A stretch of DNA of 64,000 nucleotides from Deltaproteobacteria bacterium (lineage in GTDB: Bacteria > Desulfobacterota > GWC2-55-46), in the NCBI GenBank assembly GCA_016219015.1, contig JACRCL010000005.1:17095-81094 (forward strand), given 5' to 3'. The notes beneath the pieces were generated by a model that had not been told where the DNA came from, did not search any database, and saw only the letters and a program-made list of their open reading frames with translations. A program made the translations under genes and the position numbers. Positions 53,357 to 64,000 of the stretch are shown here, in pieces; position 1 is the first letter of the stretch, and every line of letters starts with the position of its first letter.

Positions 53357-53917
53357 ATGAAAATCCCGATCTGGAGCAGAAGGTCTTTCCTCAAGGCAGC
53401 CATGGTCGGCACCATGCTGCTTCTCGCGAGGCCGTCCTTCGCATCCGAGATGATAGAGGAAGAGAAGATGGCCGAGGGGAGGCTTCTTCTGTACCACACC
53501 CGCACCGGCGAAAAGCTCGACGTCACATACAGGGACTCCGGCGGCAAGTACGACGAGGGCGCGCTCTCGGCGATAAACCATATCCTCCGCTGCCACCATA
53601 ACGACGAAGAGATAGACATGGACGTGCGGGTGATAGAGTACCTGAACACGGTCGATAAATCCCTCGGCGGGGACAACCTCATCCACGTTATCTCGGGCTA
53701 CAGGTCGAAGGAGTATAACGAGATGCTACGCAGACGCAGCCGCCGCGTAGCCAGGCACAGCCTCCACCTCACCGGGCAGGCCGTCGATCTCCGCATACCC
53801 GGCGTGAGCCTCAAGAAGATAAAAAAGACCGCCATGAGCATGCGCTTCGGCGGAGTGGGCTATTACCCGAGGGCTAACTTCGTCCACCTCGACTCCGGAA
53901 GTTTCAGGTACTGGTAA
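53357..53917 (+). CDS. YcbK/MepK-like M15 peptidase (DUF882), Tat-exported
   Basis: SRRSFLK Tat motif; SGYRS, SLH..GQAVD, FVHLDSG..RYW. Confidence 0.92.
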   Translation: MKIPIWSRRSFLKAAMVGTMLLLARPSFASEMIEEEKMAEGRLLLYHTRTGEKLDVTYRDSGGKYDEGALSAINHILRCHHNDEEIDMDVRVIEYLNTVDKSLGGDNLIHVISGYRSKEYNEMLRRRSRRVARHSLHLTGQAVDLRIPGVSLKKIKKTAMSMRFGGVGYYPRANFVHLDSGSFRYW

Positions 53918-54060
53918 ACCGTCAGGCTGCCGTCCTTTAAGGCCCCCCTGCCCTCCATAAGGGGGCCGATACCTTCATCCCCGAAAACCCCTGCATTTCC
54001 CGCCTTTTACGCTCATACTTATTGACTATTCGGACCCCTCTATGATAATCTGAGTTGCTT

Positions 54061-55545
54061 ATGAAAAAGCCTTCTCATTTCCCTTCCCTCGAAGCCTTCA
54101 AAGAAAAGGCCATGTCATGCAACATAGTCCCGGTCTACAGGGACATACTCGCCGACACGGAGACCCCGGTTTCCGCCTTTTTGAAGATAGACAACGGCGG
54201 CGACGCGTTCCTCCTTGAAAGCGTCGAGGGCGGCGAGAAGTGGGGCAGGTACAGCCTCCTCGGGGCCTCACCGAGGACGGTCGTAAGGAGCAGGGGGAAC
54301 AGGACGGAGATAATAGAGGACGGCAAAAAAAGGACCGAAGAGGGCAACCCCATAGAGGTGCTGAAGGCATTAATGTCCCGTTACCGCCCGGCAGAGGTCG
54401 AAGGCGCGCCGAGGTTCTACGGAGGGGCGATAGGGTACATGGGGTATGACGTCATAAGGCATATAGAAAAGCTCCCGGACATTGCCCCGGCAGACCTCGG
54501 CCTGTACGACCTCTTTTTCATATTCACCGACACGCTCCTCGTGTTCGATAACGTCGAGCACAAGATAAAGGTCATCTCGAACGCCTATATCGAGGAAGGC
54601 TCGGACTTAGAAGATGTCTACGGCAGGGCGGTAAAGAGCATCGACTCCCTTGTGGATACGCTGCGTAACGGGGCCGTGCCCGCGAGGAAAGACGGGCCGA
54701 AGGACGCCCCCGGCATCTCCTCGAACTTCAGGAAAGAGGACTTCCTGAAGGCCGTCGAGAAGACCAAGGAGTACATACTCGAAGGCGACATAATACAGGC
54801 CGTCATATCCCAGAGGTTCACTACCCCGCTTACGGTGGAGCCCTTCGACATATACAGGGCTTTGAGGGTGGTGAACCCGTCGCCCTACATGTTCTTCCTC
54901 CGGCTCGGGGACCTGACGCTTGCCGGGTCTTCGCCCGAGATACTCGTACGGGTGGAGGACGACTCCATAACCGTAAAGCCGATAGCCGGGACAAGGCGGC
55001 GCGGCAGGGACGCGGAAGAGGACCGCTCCCTTGAAAAGGAGCTTCTGGCCGACCCCAAGGAGAGGGCCGAGCACATAATGCTCGTGGACCTCGGGCGTAA
55101 CGACGTCGGCAGGGTGGCGAGGCCGGGCACCGTGGAGGTGAACGAGCTCATGACCATAGAGAGATACTCCCACGTGATGCACATCGTATCCAACGTCCGG
55201 GGGCAGCTCGACAGGGGCATGGGCCCCTTCGACGCCTTCAAGTCGTGCTTCCCCGCCGGGACGCTTACGGGCGCGCCCAAGGTAAGGGCGATGGAGATAA
55301 TAGAGGAGCTCGAGCCCTGCAAAAGGGGCGTATACGGCGGGTCGGTCGGGTACTTCGGGTACTCCGGCAACATGGACATGTGCATAACGATAAGGACGCT
55401 CGTGATAAAAGACAACCGCATCTACGTGCAGGCCGGCGCCGGCATAGTGGCGGACTCGGTCCCGGAGAAGGAGTACGAGGAGACCGAGAACAAGGCCAGG
55501 GGCATGCTGAAGGCCGTGCACATGGCAATGGAAGGGCTATATTGA
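54061..55545 (+). CDS. trpE: Anthranilate synthase component I
   Basis: LLESVEGG, NPSPY, EHIMLVDLGRND, GAPKVRAM. Confidence 0.96.
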   Translation: MKKPSHFPSLEAFKEKAMSCNIVPVYRDILADTETPVSAFLKIDNGGDAFLLESVEGGEKWGRYSLLGASPRTVVRSRGNRTEIIEDGKKRTEEGNPIEVLKALMSRYRPAEVEGAPRFYGGAIGYMGYDVIRHIEKLPDIAPADLGLYDLFFIFTDTLLVFDNVEHKIKVISNAYIEEGSDLEDVYGRAVKSIDSLVDTLRNGAVPARKDGPKDAPGISSNFRKEDFLKAVEKTKEYILEGDIIQAVISQRFTTPLTVEPFDIYRALRVVNPSPYMFFLRLGDLTLAGSSPEILVRVEDDSITVKPIAGTRRRGRDAEEDRSLEKELLADPKERAEHIMLVDLGRNDVGRVARPGTVEVNELMTIERYSHVMHIVSNVRGQLDRGMGPFDAFKSCFPAGTLTGAPKVRAMEIIEELEPCKRGVYGGSVGYFGYSGNMDMCITIRTLVIKDNRIYVQAGAGIVADSVPEKEYEETENKARGMLKAVHMAMEGLY

Positions 55546-55586
55546 GGCTTATTTCAGCAGTGTGCTGAAAAATTCAAAATTCGAAG

Positions 55587-55706
55587 AGGCTGCTCAAAAA
55601 GCTCCAGATGCAAGGCATCGAGGAGCGAGGAATGAGGCGTACTCTTCTGTACGCTGCAGTGACGAGCGACGATGATAACGCAGCAGATGGACTTTTTCAG
55701 CAGCCT
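55587..55706. repeat. Family-A MITE-like repeat
   Basis: Same termini; extra end CAGTGTGCTGAAAAA from ~55558. Confidence 0.9.
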
Positions 55707-55721
55707 TTAGGGGTATTAGCT

Positions 55722-56291
55722 ATGCTGTTGATGATAGACAACTACGACTCCTTTACCTTCAACCTCGTCCAGTATTTCCTCGAACTCGGCGAAGAGGTAA
55801 AAGTATTCAGGAACGACGCCATCACCGTCAAGGGCATAGAAAAGCTCGCCCCGAGGAGGCTCGTCATATCGCCGGGCCCGTGCGACCCGCAAAAGGCAGG
55901 CGTCTCGGTCGAGGCGATAAAATCCTTCGCGGGAAAGATCCCGATACTCGGCGTATGCCTCGGGCACCAGTCGATCGGCTACGCCTTCGGGGGGGATATC
56001 GTAAAGGCCCCGCGCCTCATGCACGGAAAGACCTCGATGGTCTACCACGACGGCAGGACAATATTCGACCGCATCGAAAACCCCTTCGAGGCCAACCGCT
56101 ACCACTCGCTTATAGTAAAGAAAGAAACCCTGCCCGAGTGCCTTGAAGTGAGCGCGTGGACCGAGATGGACGAGATAATGGGGCTCAGGCACAGAACACA
56201 CCCGATAGAGGGCGTCCAGTTCCACCCGGAGTCGATACTCACGAGGGCCGGGAAGGACATATTGAAAAATTTCCTGGAAAAATACAGATAA
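55722..56291 (+). CDS. trpG: Anthranilate synthase component II
   Basis: [25 protein letters not shown]. Confidence 0.95.
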   Translation: MLLMIDNYDSFTFNLVQYFLELGEEVKVFRNDAITVKGIEKLAPRRLVISPGPCDPQKAGVSVEAIKSFAGKIPILGVCLGHQSIGYAFGGDIVKAPRLMHGKTSMVYHDGRTIFDRIENPFEANRYHSLIVKKETLPECLEVSAWTEMDEIMGLRHRTHPIEGVQFHPESILTRAGKDILKNFLEKYR

Positions 56292-56296
56292 GCGCG

Positions 56297-57304
56297 ATGA
56301 TAAAAGACGCCATATCCACCATAGTAAAAGGATCGGACCTGACGGAGTCCGAGATGATAGAGGTGATGAACGAGGTCATGACCGGGGCGGCCACCCCAGC
56401 GCAGATAGGCTCGTTCATAACCGCCCTCAGGATGAAGGGCGAGACCGTGGCCGAGATAACCGGGGCCGCGCGCGTGATGCGCGAGAGGGCCACGAAGATA
56501 GACTGCAAGGGAAGGGACGTCATCGACACCTGCGGCACCGGCGGGGACGAGTCGATGACCTTCAACATCTCTACCGCCGCGGCCCTCGTCACGGCGGGCT
56601 GCGGGATAACGGTCGCAAAGCACGGCAACCGCTCCATCTCCTCGAAGTGCGGAAGCGCCGACGTATTGAAGTCCCTCGGCGTAAACGTCGAGGCGGAGGT
56701 CTCAAGGGTCGAGGAGTGCGTGGCGGAGGCCGGTATAGGGTTCCTCTTCGCGCCCATGCTCCACGGCGCCATGAAGTACGCGGCCCCCGTAAGGAGGGAG
56801 CTCGGCATAAGGTCGATATTCAACCTCCTCGGCCCGCTTACGAACCCGGCCGGGGCAAAGCGCCAGATAATAGGCGTCTACGAACCGGCCCTTACCGACA
56901 TGCTCGCCAAGGTGCTCTATAACCTCGGCTCAATCCACGCCTTCATCGTAAGGGGCGAGGACGGCCTCGACGAGATAACGCTCACGGGGCCCACCAGGGT
57001 AACGGAGCTCAAGGACGGCAAGATAAGGACCTACCACGTAAAGCCCGAGGACTTCGGGTTTGAGAAGTGCGCACCCGCGGACCTGAAGGGCGGGGAGCCT
57101 GAAAGGAACGCGGAGATAATACTCGGGGTTCTTAATGGCGTAAAGGGCCCGGCAAGGGACGTGGTGCTCCTTAACAGCGCGGCGGCCATAACGGCCTCCG
57201 GCAAGACGGCAACGATAGAAGAGGGCATAGCCGCGGCGCGCGGCTCTATAGACTCGGGCGCGGCCATGGACAGGCTCGAAAGGCTAAAAAGGATAACCAA
57301 CTGA
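56297..57304 (+). CDS. trpD: Anthranilate phosphoribosyltransferase
   Basis: DTCGTGGD, KHGNRS, NLLGPLTNP. Confidence 0.96.
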   Translation: MIKDAISTIVKGSDLTESEMIEVMNEVMTGAATPAQIGSFITALRMKGETVAEITGAARVMRERATKIDCKGRDVIDTCGTGGDESMTFNISTAAALVTAGCGITVAKHGNRSISSKCGSADVLKSLGVNVEAEVSRVEECVAEAGIGFLFAPMLHGAMKYAAPVRRELGIRSIFNLLGPLTNPAGAKRQIIGVYEPALTDMLAKVLYNLGSIHAFIVRGEDGLDEITLTGPTRVTELKDGKIRTYHVKPEDFGFEKCAPADLKGGEPERNAEIILGVLNGVKGPARDVVLLNSAAAITASGKTATIEEGIAAARGSIDSGAAMDRLERLKRITN

Positions 57305-58092
57305 TGATACTCGATAAGATTCTGGAGAACAAAAGGCAGGAGCTTGAGGTATCGAAGAAGTACGCCTCGCTGAAATTCCTTAACGACAAGATCGCGCGCT
57401 CTAAGCCCCTTAGGGACTTTACCGGGGCAATCTCCACGAAGGGCGGGCCCGAGGCGATAAGGATAATAGCGGAGGTAAAGAAGGCGTCTCCCTCGAAAGG
57501 GGTCATAAAGGCGGACTACTACCCCTTCGAGATAGCCCGCATGTACCAGCTGAACGGCGCGGTCGCCGTATCGGTCCTTACCGAGGAGAAGTTCTTCAAG
57601 GGCCATATCGACCACCTGACGTCCATAAAGATAAACCTCAAGCTGCCGGTCCTCCGGAAGGACTTCATCTTCGACGAGTACCAGGTGATAGAGTCGAGGG
57701 CCGCCGGTGCCGACGCGATCCTCCTCATTGCGGCGATAGTCGAACAGGACGGGCTTAAGCGGCTCATAGACCTTACCTACAGCCTCGGCATGGCCGCGCT
57801 GGTGGAGGTGCACGACGAGGACGACCTCAAGAAGGCGGCTAAGGCCGGGGCGCGGATAATCGGCATAAACAACCGCGATCTCAAGACCTTCGAGGTAGAC
57901 ACGAAAACGACCGAGAGGCTCGCCCCGCTCGCCCCGAAAGAGGCGGTCATCGTCAGCGAGAGCGGCATCTCCACGCACCAGGACATAGTAAGGCTTAAAG
58001 GAGCGGGGGCATCGGCGTTCCTCATAGGAGAGGCGCTCATGAGGGAAGAAAACATCGGGGCGAAACTCAAAGAACTCATCCTGGGCGATTGA
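57304..58092 (+). CDS. trpC: Indole-3-glycerol phosphate synthase
   Basis: IAEVKKASPSKG, LRKDF, GINNRDL, SESGI. Confidence 0.96.
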   Translation: MILDKILENKRQELEVSKKYASLKFLNDKIARSKPLRDFTGAISTKGGPEAIRIIAEVKKASPSKGVIKADYYPFEIARMYQLNGAVAVSVLTEEKFFKGHIDHLTSIKINLKLPVLRKDFIFDEYQVIESRAAGADAILLIAAIVEQDGLKRLIDLTYSLGMAALVEVHDEDDLKKAAKAGARIIGINNRDLKTFEVDTKTTERLAPLAPKEAVIVSESGISTHQDIVRLKGAGASAFLIGEALMREENIGAKLKELILGD

Positions 58093-58095
58093 ACT

Positions 58096-58737
58096 TTGGC
58101 AAAGGCAAGGGTAAAGGTCTGCGGCATAACTAACATCGACGACGCGCTCATCTCCGCTGAGTATGGCGCGGACGCATTAGGGTTCGTATTCTGGGAGAAG
58201 AGCCCGCGCTACATTAGCCCGGACAGGGCCGCGGCGATAATAAAGGCCCTGCCGCCGTTCATAACGGCCGTAGGGGTATTCGTGGACGAGCCTGCCGCGA
58301 GGGTCAGGTCGATAATCGACGCCTCGGGCCTCGGCTGCATCCAGCTCCACGGCTCGGAACCGCCTGAGGAATGCGCGAGGTTAAACGGGGCGACGGGCGT
58401 CAAGATAATAAAGGCCTTCAGGGTACGGGACAGGAACGACATATCGAGGCTCAGGGAATATAACGTCTCGGCCTATCTCCTCGACGCCTTCGTGGAGGGC
58501 GTGCCCGGAGGCACGGGCCATACCTTCAACTGGGAGATAGCGATAGAGGCAAAGGCGCGCGGGCGCGTAATATTATCCGGCGGCCTTAACCCTGAGAACA
58601 TAATACAGGCGCTGGCAAAGGTAGAACCCTACGGGGTGGACGTAAGCTCGGGCGTCGAAGAGAGCCCCGGCAAAAAGGACAGGGACAAATTAATAAAATT
58701 CATAAAGCGGGTAAAAGAATATGAAAAAGATGCCTGA
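58096..58737 (+). CDS. trpF: Phosphoribosylanthranilate isomerase
   Basis: VKVCGIT, QLHG, GGTG, DVSSGVE. Confidence 0.95.
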   Translation: MAKARVKVCGITNIDDALISAEYGADALGFVFWEKSPRYISPDRAAAIIKALPPFITAVGVFVDEPAARVRSIIDASGLGCIQLHGSEPPEECARLNGATGVKIIKAFRVRDRNDISRLREYNVSAYLLDAFVEGVPGGTGHTFNWEIAIEAKARGRVILSGGLNPENIIQALAKVEPYGVDVSSGVEESPGKKDRDKLIKFIKRVKEYEKDA

Positions 58738-59914
58738 CAGGCTCGGGCACTTCGGGGTCTACGGCGGAAGGTACATCTCGGAGACGCTCATGCCGGCCGT
58801 CATGGAGCTCGAGGAGGCCTACGTTAAATGGAGGCACAGGCCCGAGTTCAAGGATGAGTTCAACTACTATCTCAAGGAGTACGTCGGCAGGCCCACGCCC
58901 CTTTATCTCGCCGAGAGGCTCACGAAAAAGGCGGGCGGCGCGAAGATATACCTCAAGCGCGAGGACCTCTGCCATACCGGCGCTCACAAGATAAACAACA
59001 CCATCGGCCAGATACTCCTTGCCAAGAGGATGGGCAAGACCAGGGTCATAGCCGAGACGGGCGCGGGCCAGCACGGGGTCGCAACGGCGACCGTGGCCGC
59101 CATGTTCGGGCTCGAGTGCGAGGTCTACATGGGCGAGGACGACATAAGGAGGCAGTCCCCGAACGTCTTCAGGATGAAGCTCCTCGGCGCTAAGGTAACC
59201 CCCGTGACCTCCGGGAGCAAGACCCTGAAGGACGCCATGAACGAGGCCCTGAGGGACTGGGTCACGAACGTCTATAACACCTTCTACATAATCGGCACCG
59301 TTGCGGGCCCCCACCCTTATCCGATGATGGTAAGGGACTTCCAGTCCATCATAGGGACCGAGGCCAGGAGGCAGATAAAGGAGATTGCCGGCGGTCTCCC
59401 CGACCACCTGATAGCGTGCGTGGGCGGAGGGAGCAACGCCATGGGGCTCTTCCATCCGTTCCTCGAAGACCCGGTAAAGATGACGGGCGTCGAGGCCGGT
59501 GGGCTGGGCCTTTCGACAGGCAAGCACGCGGCCTCGATAAACGGCGGCTCCATAGGCGTGCTCCACGGCAATAAGACCTATCTCCTTCAGGACAGGTTCG
59601 GGCAGATAATCGACACCCACTCCATCTCCGCGGGGCTCGATTACCCCGGCGTTGGGCCGGAGCACTCGTACCTGCACGACAAGGGGCGCATAAATTACAC
59701 GACCATAACGGACAAGGAAGCGCTCGACGGCTTCAAGGCGTTGACGCTCTCGGAGGGCATCATACCCGCTCTTGAGAGCTCGCACGCCGTGGCCTACGCC
59801 GTAAAGGCCGCCAGGGCCATGCCCAAGGACTCCACCATCATCGTCTGCCTCTCGGGCAGGGGCGACAAGGACCTGAATACCGTATCAAAGGCTTTCAATT
59901 ACGAGCTCGAATAA
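58721..59914 (+). CDS. trpB: Tryptophan synthase beta
   Basis: [25 protein letters not shown]. Confidence 0.98.
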   Translation: MKKMPDRLGHFGVYGGRYISETLMPAVMELEEAYVKWRHRPEFKDEFNYYLKEYVGRPTPLYLAERLTKKAGGAKIYLKREDLCHTGAHKINNTIGQILLAKRMGKTRVIAETGAGQHGVATATVAAMFGLECEVYMGEDDIRRQSPNVFRMKLLGAKVTPVTSGSKTLKDAMNEALRDWVTNVYNTFYIIGTVAGPHPYPMMVRDFQSIIGTEARRQIKEIAGGLPDHLIACVGGGSNAMGLFHPFLEDPVKMTGVEAGGLGLSTGKHAASINGGSIGVLHGNKTYLLQDRFGQIIDTHSISAGLDYPGVGPEHSYLHDKGRINYTTITDKEALDGFKALTLSEGIIPALESSHAVAYAVKAARAMPKDSTIIVCLSGRGDKDLNTVSKAFNYELE

Positions 59915-59925
59915 GGTAGAAGAAG

Positions 59926-60741
59926 ATGAAGACACTGAAGCAGGACGGAAGGATAGCGAGGAAATTCAGCGAGCTTAAGGCGCGGGGTGAAAAGGCGCTC
60001 ATCACCTTCATCACGGCCGGGGACCCGGACCTGGCCGGGACTAAAAAGATAATCTCCACGCTCGAAGGCTCCGGGGCCGACATAATAGAGCTGGGGATAC
60101 CGTTTTCAGACCCCATGGCCGACGGCCCGACCATACAGGCCTCGTCGGAGAGGGCCGTAAAGAACGGCGTGAGGCTCAGGGACGTCCTCGCCCTCGTGAA
60201 AGAGGTGCGCGAGGCGAGCGAGATACCCATCGTGCTCTTCGGCTACTATAACCCGATATTCCAGTACGGCCTCGAAAAATTCGCGAAAGACGCCCGGAAG
60301 GCGGGCGCCGACGGGGTGCTCGTCGTGGACCTGCCGGCGGAAGAGGCGGACGAGCTGAAGGCCGAGCTCGATAAAAACGGCATAAGCCTCATATTCCTCC
60401 TTACGCCCACGAGCACCGAGGAGCGGATAAAACTCACAGCGGGAAAGGCCTCGGGTTTTATATACTTCGTAAGCGTAACGGGCGTAACAGGGGCGAGGCG
60501 GAACGTATCGGCAAAGGTATCGGGGTACGTGAAGAAGGTCAGGAGGCACATAGACATCCCCATAGGCGTGGGGTTCGGGATATCCACGCCGGGGCAGGTA
60601 AAAGAGGTCTGCGGCTACTCCGACGCGGTCATAGTCGGCAGCGCGATAGTGAACATAATCGGCAAAAACGGCGGCTCCGGGAGTCTCCTCAAGGAAGTCG
60701 GCGGCTTCGTGGCGGGGCTTAAAAAAGGCACCCTGCCCTGA
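59926..60741 (+). CDS. trpA: Tryptophan synthase alpha
   Basis: ELGIPFSDPMADGPTIQ, GVTG, GFGIS. Confidence 0.97.
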   Translation: MKTLKQDGRIARKFSELKARGEKALITFITAGDPDLAGTKKIISTLEGSGADIIELGIPFSDPMADGPTIQASSERAVKNGVRLRDVLALVKEVREASEIPIVLFGYYNPIFQYGLEKFAKDARKAGADGVLVVDLPAEEADELKAELDKNGISLIFLLTPTSTEERIKLTAGKASGFIYFVSVTGVTGARRNVSAKVSGYVKKVRRHIDIPIGVGFGISTPGQVKEVCGYSDAVIVGSAIVNIIGKNGGSGSLLKEVGGFVAGLKKGTLP

Positions 60742-60763
60742 TGCCTTAAGAGGCTTATCTGGA

Positions 60764-62440
60764 ATGACGTCCAAGGCGAAAGCTGTTTCTCCCGATTTAA
60801 AAAGGAAGCTCGGGATAATGAACCTCGAGCTCGAGGTCTACAGGCAGATAGGCGGGCTTGTGGTCAGGGGCGCCTCGCGCGAAAGCGTCCTCAACAAGCT
60901 CATGGACTTCACCCTGAAGGCCATGGCGACGACCTCGGGCTCGCTGTGCCTGCTCGACGGGGCCACGAAAGAGCTCTCCTTCGAGGTCGTAAGGGGCGCT
61001 GGCGCGAAGAGGCTCAAGGGTTTAAGGATGCGCCCGGCAAGCGGCATAGCGGGCCACGTCGCCTCCACGGGAAAGGCGTATATAAGCCAGGACCTCAGGA
61101 AGGACAGGCTCTGGAGCGGGATAAAGACCGATGCGGCCCATAAGAACATGCTCGCCGTCCCGCTCATGAGAAGGCGCAAGGTCATAGGTGTCATAGAGGT
61201 CATAAACAGGAACGGCGGCAAGCCCTTCACGAATTCGGACAAGAAGGTCATGACCTCGCTCGCCAACCACTTCTCGATAATAATGGAGCGGGCCAACTTA
61301 TTTGCCGAGCTCGACGGCAGGATAAAGCAGTTCTCCACGCTTAACGAGGTCGGCAACCTCCTCATCTCGACGCTCGACCAGTCCGTTGTGCGTCACAGGG
61401 CCATGGAGGCGATAACGAAGCTGATGCACGCGGAGGCGGGCTCGCTCCTGCTGGTGGACAGGGAGCGCGGTGAGCTCTACTTCGAGGTGGCTCTCGGGTC
61501 AAGGGGCAAAAGGCTCAAGGAGGTCAGGCTCGACATAGGCGAAGGCATCGCCGGGTGGGTGGCCAAGCACGGAAGGCCGCTCCTTATCCACGACGTGACC
61601 AAGGACAAGAGGTTCCAGGGCAAGATCGACAAGAGGAGCAAGTTCAGTACAAGGAACATGATATGCGTGCCCGTGACCATAAAGGGCAACGTGATCGGGG
61701 TGCTCCAGGCCATAAACAGGGTCTCGGGGCCGTTCACCAGGGAGGACCTGAAGCTATTCCAGCTCTTCTCGAACCAGGTCGCCATAGCGCTCGACAACGC
61801 CCGGCTCTACGAGGAGATAAAGGACACCTTCCACGCTACTTCCGGCGCGCTCGCCGAGGCCATAGAAAAAAGGGACCCCTACACCGGCGGCCATACGAAG
61901 AGGGTCCTTGCCTATTGCCTCGCGATAGCCAAACACCTCAAGATGCCGGAGGCCTCCCTCGAGGTATTGAAGCTCTCGGCGGTGCTCCACGACATCGGCA
62001 AGATCGGCATAGAGGACAGGATACTCCGGAAAGACGCCCCGCTCGACGGCGACGAGGCCGCGTCCATGAGGATGCACCCCGAGCTCGGCGCCGAGATACT
62101 GAAGCACGTGCCGCAATTGAAGGACGTCGTGCCGGGCATGCTCTGCCATCACGAGAGGGTAGACGGGCTCGGGTACCCGAACGGGTTCAAGAAGGAGCGG
62201 ATACCTCTCATAGCGAGGATAATATCGGTTGCGGACACCTACGACGCCATGACGACCACCAGGCCGTACAGGAAAGGCCTGCCGCCGGAGGCCGCCGTGA
62301 AGGAGCTGAAGAAATACTCGGGCAGGCAGTTCGACGACGATATCGTGAAGGCCTTCATGCGGGCGTTCCGCAGGGGCGAGATAAACGGATCGGGGCGGCC
62401 CGATAAAAAACAGCGGTCCGTCTCTTCGAGGCAGCCATGA
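60764..62440 (+). CDS. GAF-GAF-HD-GYP cyclic dinucleotide phosphodiesterase
   Basis: Two GAF-like repeats; [28 protein letters not shown]. Confidence 0.92.
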   Translation: MTSKAKAVSPDLKRKLGIMNLELEVYRQIGGLVVRGASRESVLNKLMDFTLKAMATTSGSLCLLDGATKELSFEVVRGAGAKRLKGLRMRPASGIAGHVASTGKAYISQDLRKDRLWSGIKTDAAHKNMLAVPLMRRRKVIGVIEVINRNGGKPFTNSDKKVMTSLANHFSIIMERANLFAELDGRIKQFSTLNEVGNLLISTLDQSVVRHRAMEAITKLMHAEAGSLLLVDRERGELYFEVALGSRGKRLKEVRLDIGEGIAGWVAKHGRPLLIHDVTKDKRFQGKIDKRSKFSTRNMICVPVTIKGNVIGVLQAINRVSGPFTREDLKLFQLFSNQVAIALDNARLYEEIKDTFHATSGALAEAIEKRDPYTGGHTKRVLAYCLAIAKHLKMPEASLEVLKLSAVLHDIGKIGIEDRILRKDAPLDGDEAASMRMHPELGAEILKHVPQLKDVVPGMLCHHERVDGLGYPNGFKKERIPLIARIISVADTYDAMTTTRPYRKGLPPEAAVKELKKYSGRQFDDDIVKAFMRAFRRGEINGSGRPDKKQRSVSSRQP

Positions 62441-63288
62441 TCTGGTTCAAGAAGGACATACTCTCCAACGGGGAGGAGAGCAAAAGCGTAAAGGTCCCGG
62501 TGGGGCTGTGGGTCAAGTGCGAGCACTGCGGGGAGATCATCTACAAGAAAGAGGCCGAAAGGAACCTCGACGTCTGCCCCAAGTGCAACTACCACTTCCG
62601 CATCTCGGCCCTGGCCAGGATAAATATCGTCGTGGACGAAGGTACGTTCGTCGAGCACGACCCCTTGCTGGAGCCCGTGGACGGCCTTGACTTCAAGGAC
62701 CTCAAGAAATACAAGGACAGGATAAAGGCCTCGCAGAAGGAGACCGGCTTGAAGGACTCGCTCGTCTCCGGAGAGGGGCTCATAGGCGGGCAGAGGGCGA
62801 TGCTGGCGGCCTTCGACTTCTCGTTCATGGGCGGGTCGATGGGCTCTGTCGTGGGAGAGAAAATCGCAAGGATGGTGGAGAGGGCCGTGGAGGCTGGCTG
62901 CGGCGTAGTCATATTCTCGTCTTCGGGCGGGGCGCGCATGCAGGAGTCGATCCTGTCGCTCATGCAGATGGCAAAGACCTCGGCCGCGCTCGCGAAACTC
63001 AAGGAAGCGGGCCTGCCGTACATCTCCGTCCTTACCGACCCTACCATGGGCGGCGTGACGGCGAGCTTCGCCATGCTCGGGGACGTGATAGTGGCCGAGC
63101 CGAGGGCGCTCGTGGGTTTCGCCGGGCCGAGGGTCATAGCCGAGACCATAAGGCAGAAGCTCCCCGAGGGCTTCCAGAGGGCGGAGTACCTCCTTGAGCA
63201 CGGCATGATAGACATGATAGTGGAAAGAAAGATGATGAAAGAGACCCTGTCGAGGCTCCTGGCGATGCTCGCGGAGAAACAGGGCTGA
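62437..63288 (+). CDS. accD: Acetyl-CoA carboxylase carboxyltransferase beta
   Basis: LWVKCEHC...[19 protein letters not shown]. Confidence 0.97.
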   Translation: MIWFKKDILSNGEESKSVKVPVGLWVKCEHCGEIIYKKEAERNLDVCPKCNYHFRISALARINIVVDEGTFVEHDPLLEPVDGLDFKDLKKYKDRIKASQKETGLKDSLVSGEGLIGGQRAMLAAFDFSFMGGSMGSVVGEKIARMVERAVEAGCGVVIFSSSGGARMQESILSLMQMAKTSAALAKLKEAGLPYISVLTDPTMGGVTASFAMLGDVIVAEPRALVGFAGPRVIAETIRQKLPEGFQRAEYLLEHGMIDMIVERKMMKETLSRLLAMLAEKQG

Positions 63289-63290
63289 AC

Positions 63291-63404
63291 AGGCTGCTGA
63301 AAAAGTCCATCTGCTTTGTTGTCTTCGTCTTGTCATAACGTAAGGAAAGTACGCCTCATTCCTCGCTCCTTGACGCCTCGCATCTGGAGCTTTTTGAGCA
63401 GCCT
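63291..63404. repeat. Family-A MITE-like repeat
   Basis: Same termini; extra end TTTTTAGCAACCTG-ttaa to ~63437. Confidence 0.9.
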
Positions 63405-63451
63405 GAACAAATCCCGAGTTTTTTAGCAACCTGTTAAAGCCAAAGAGCCCC

Positions 63452-64000
63452 ATGCCCCCCAGAAATAAGACCTTAGAGTATCTCTCAAGCCTCCACGGCC
63501 ACGGCATAAAGCTGAGCTTAAGCCGCATAAAAGAGCTCCTTCGCCTCCTCGGGAACCCCCAGGACGATTTCCCCACCATACACATAGCAGGCACCAACGG
63601 TAAGGGCTCCACCGCCGCTTACCTTAGCTCCATCTCAGGCAGGGCGGGGTTCAAGACCGGCCTCTACACGTCCCCCCACCTCATAAAATTCAACGAACGG
63701 ATACAGGTCTCCGGCAGGCCCATCTCCGATCAAGCCATGCGGAGGATAGCCGTAAAGGTAAGGAAGGCCGCTAAAAAGATGACCGGCCCCGACAGGGCGC
63801 TTTCCTTTTTCGAGTTCACGACGGCCATGGCCTTTTTGTATTTCAAGGAGAGGTCCGTCGATATCGGCGTGATAGAAACAGGCATGGGCGGGAGGTTCGA
63901 CGCCACGAACGTCGTAACGCCCCTCGTATCGGTCATAACCAACATAGGCCTCGACCATACCATGTACCTCGGAGCGAAGGTCAAAGACATCGCCTTTGAG
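63452..64000 (+). CDS. folC: Folylpolyglutamate/dihydrofolate synthase (partial)
   Basis: Manual translation: IHIAGTNGKGST, YTSPHL, FNERI, ETGMGGRFDATNV; runs off window. Confidence 0.93.
   Translation, partial: MPPRNKTLEYLSSLHGHGIKLSLSRIKELLRLLGNPQDDFPTIHIAGTNGKGSTAAYLSSISGRAGFKTGLYTSPHLIKFNERIQVSGRPISDQAMRRIAVKVRKAAKKMTGPDRALSFFEFTTAMAFLYFKERSVDIGVIETGMGGRFDATNVVTPLVSVITNIGLDHTMYLGAKVKDIAFE

Noticed and set aside
53918-54060. Trp attenuator leader
   Set aside because: No Trp-codon leader peptide; a promoter-like TTGACT/GATAAT sits directly before trpE
55608-55721. N-terminal extensions of TrpG (and Tmk, 28284-28346) containing ADGLFQQP
   Set aside because: They are translations of the family-A repeat. 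That frame is in register with the next gene in 4 of 6 sense-oriented cases, too few to separate from chance

Overview
A GC-rich (~60%) bacterial chromosome segment, mostly core genes. Gene order (ftsH-folP-dacA-cdaR-glmM-pdxJ-acpS-nnr-tsaE, lysC-cimA-comEA, tmk-holB-ricT-metG-tatD, an atp operon lacking atpB/atpE) suggests a deltaproteobacterial (Desulfobacterota-like) organism; this is an inference. It also holds the start of a V/A-type ATPase operon, der/era, a Cu/Ag RND efflux locus, a sigma54 two-component pair and the trp-accD-folC operon. Most notable: (1) a Cyc2-like cytochrome-porin encoded with a NirB-like periplasmic cytochrome and a c-heme chemoreceptor; (2) a single ORF fusing ATP synthase subunits b' and b; (3) a cus locus headed by a BlaI/CopY repressor and an M56 protease with a Cys/His tail, with a 17-bp palindromic operator seen twice; (4) several families of nested intergenic MITE/REP-like elements, one of which has replaced the C-terminus of tmk; (5) a small Lpp-like coiled-coil lipoprotein. 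No rRNA, tRNA, CRISPR array or transposase was recognised. All calls come from motif recognition by eye; no searches were run.
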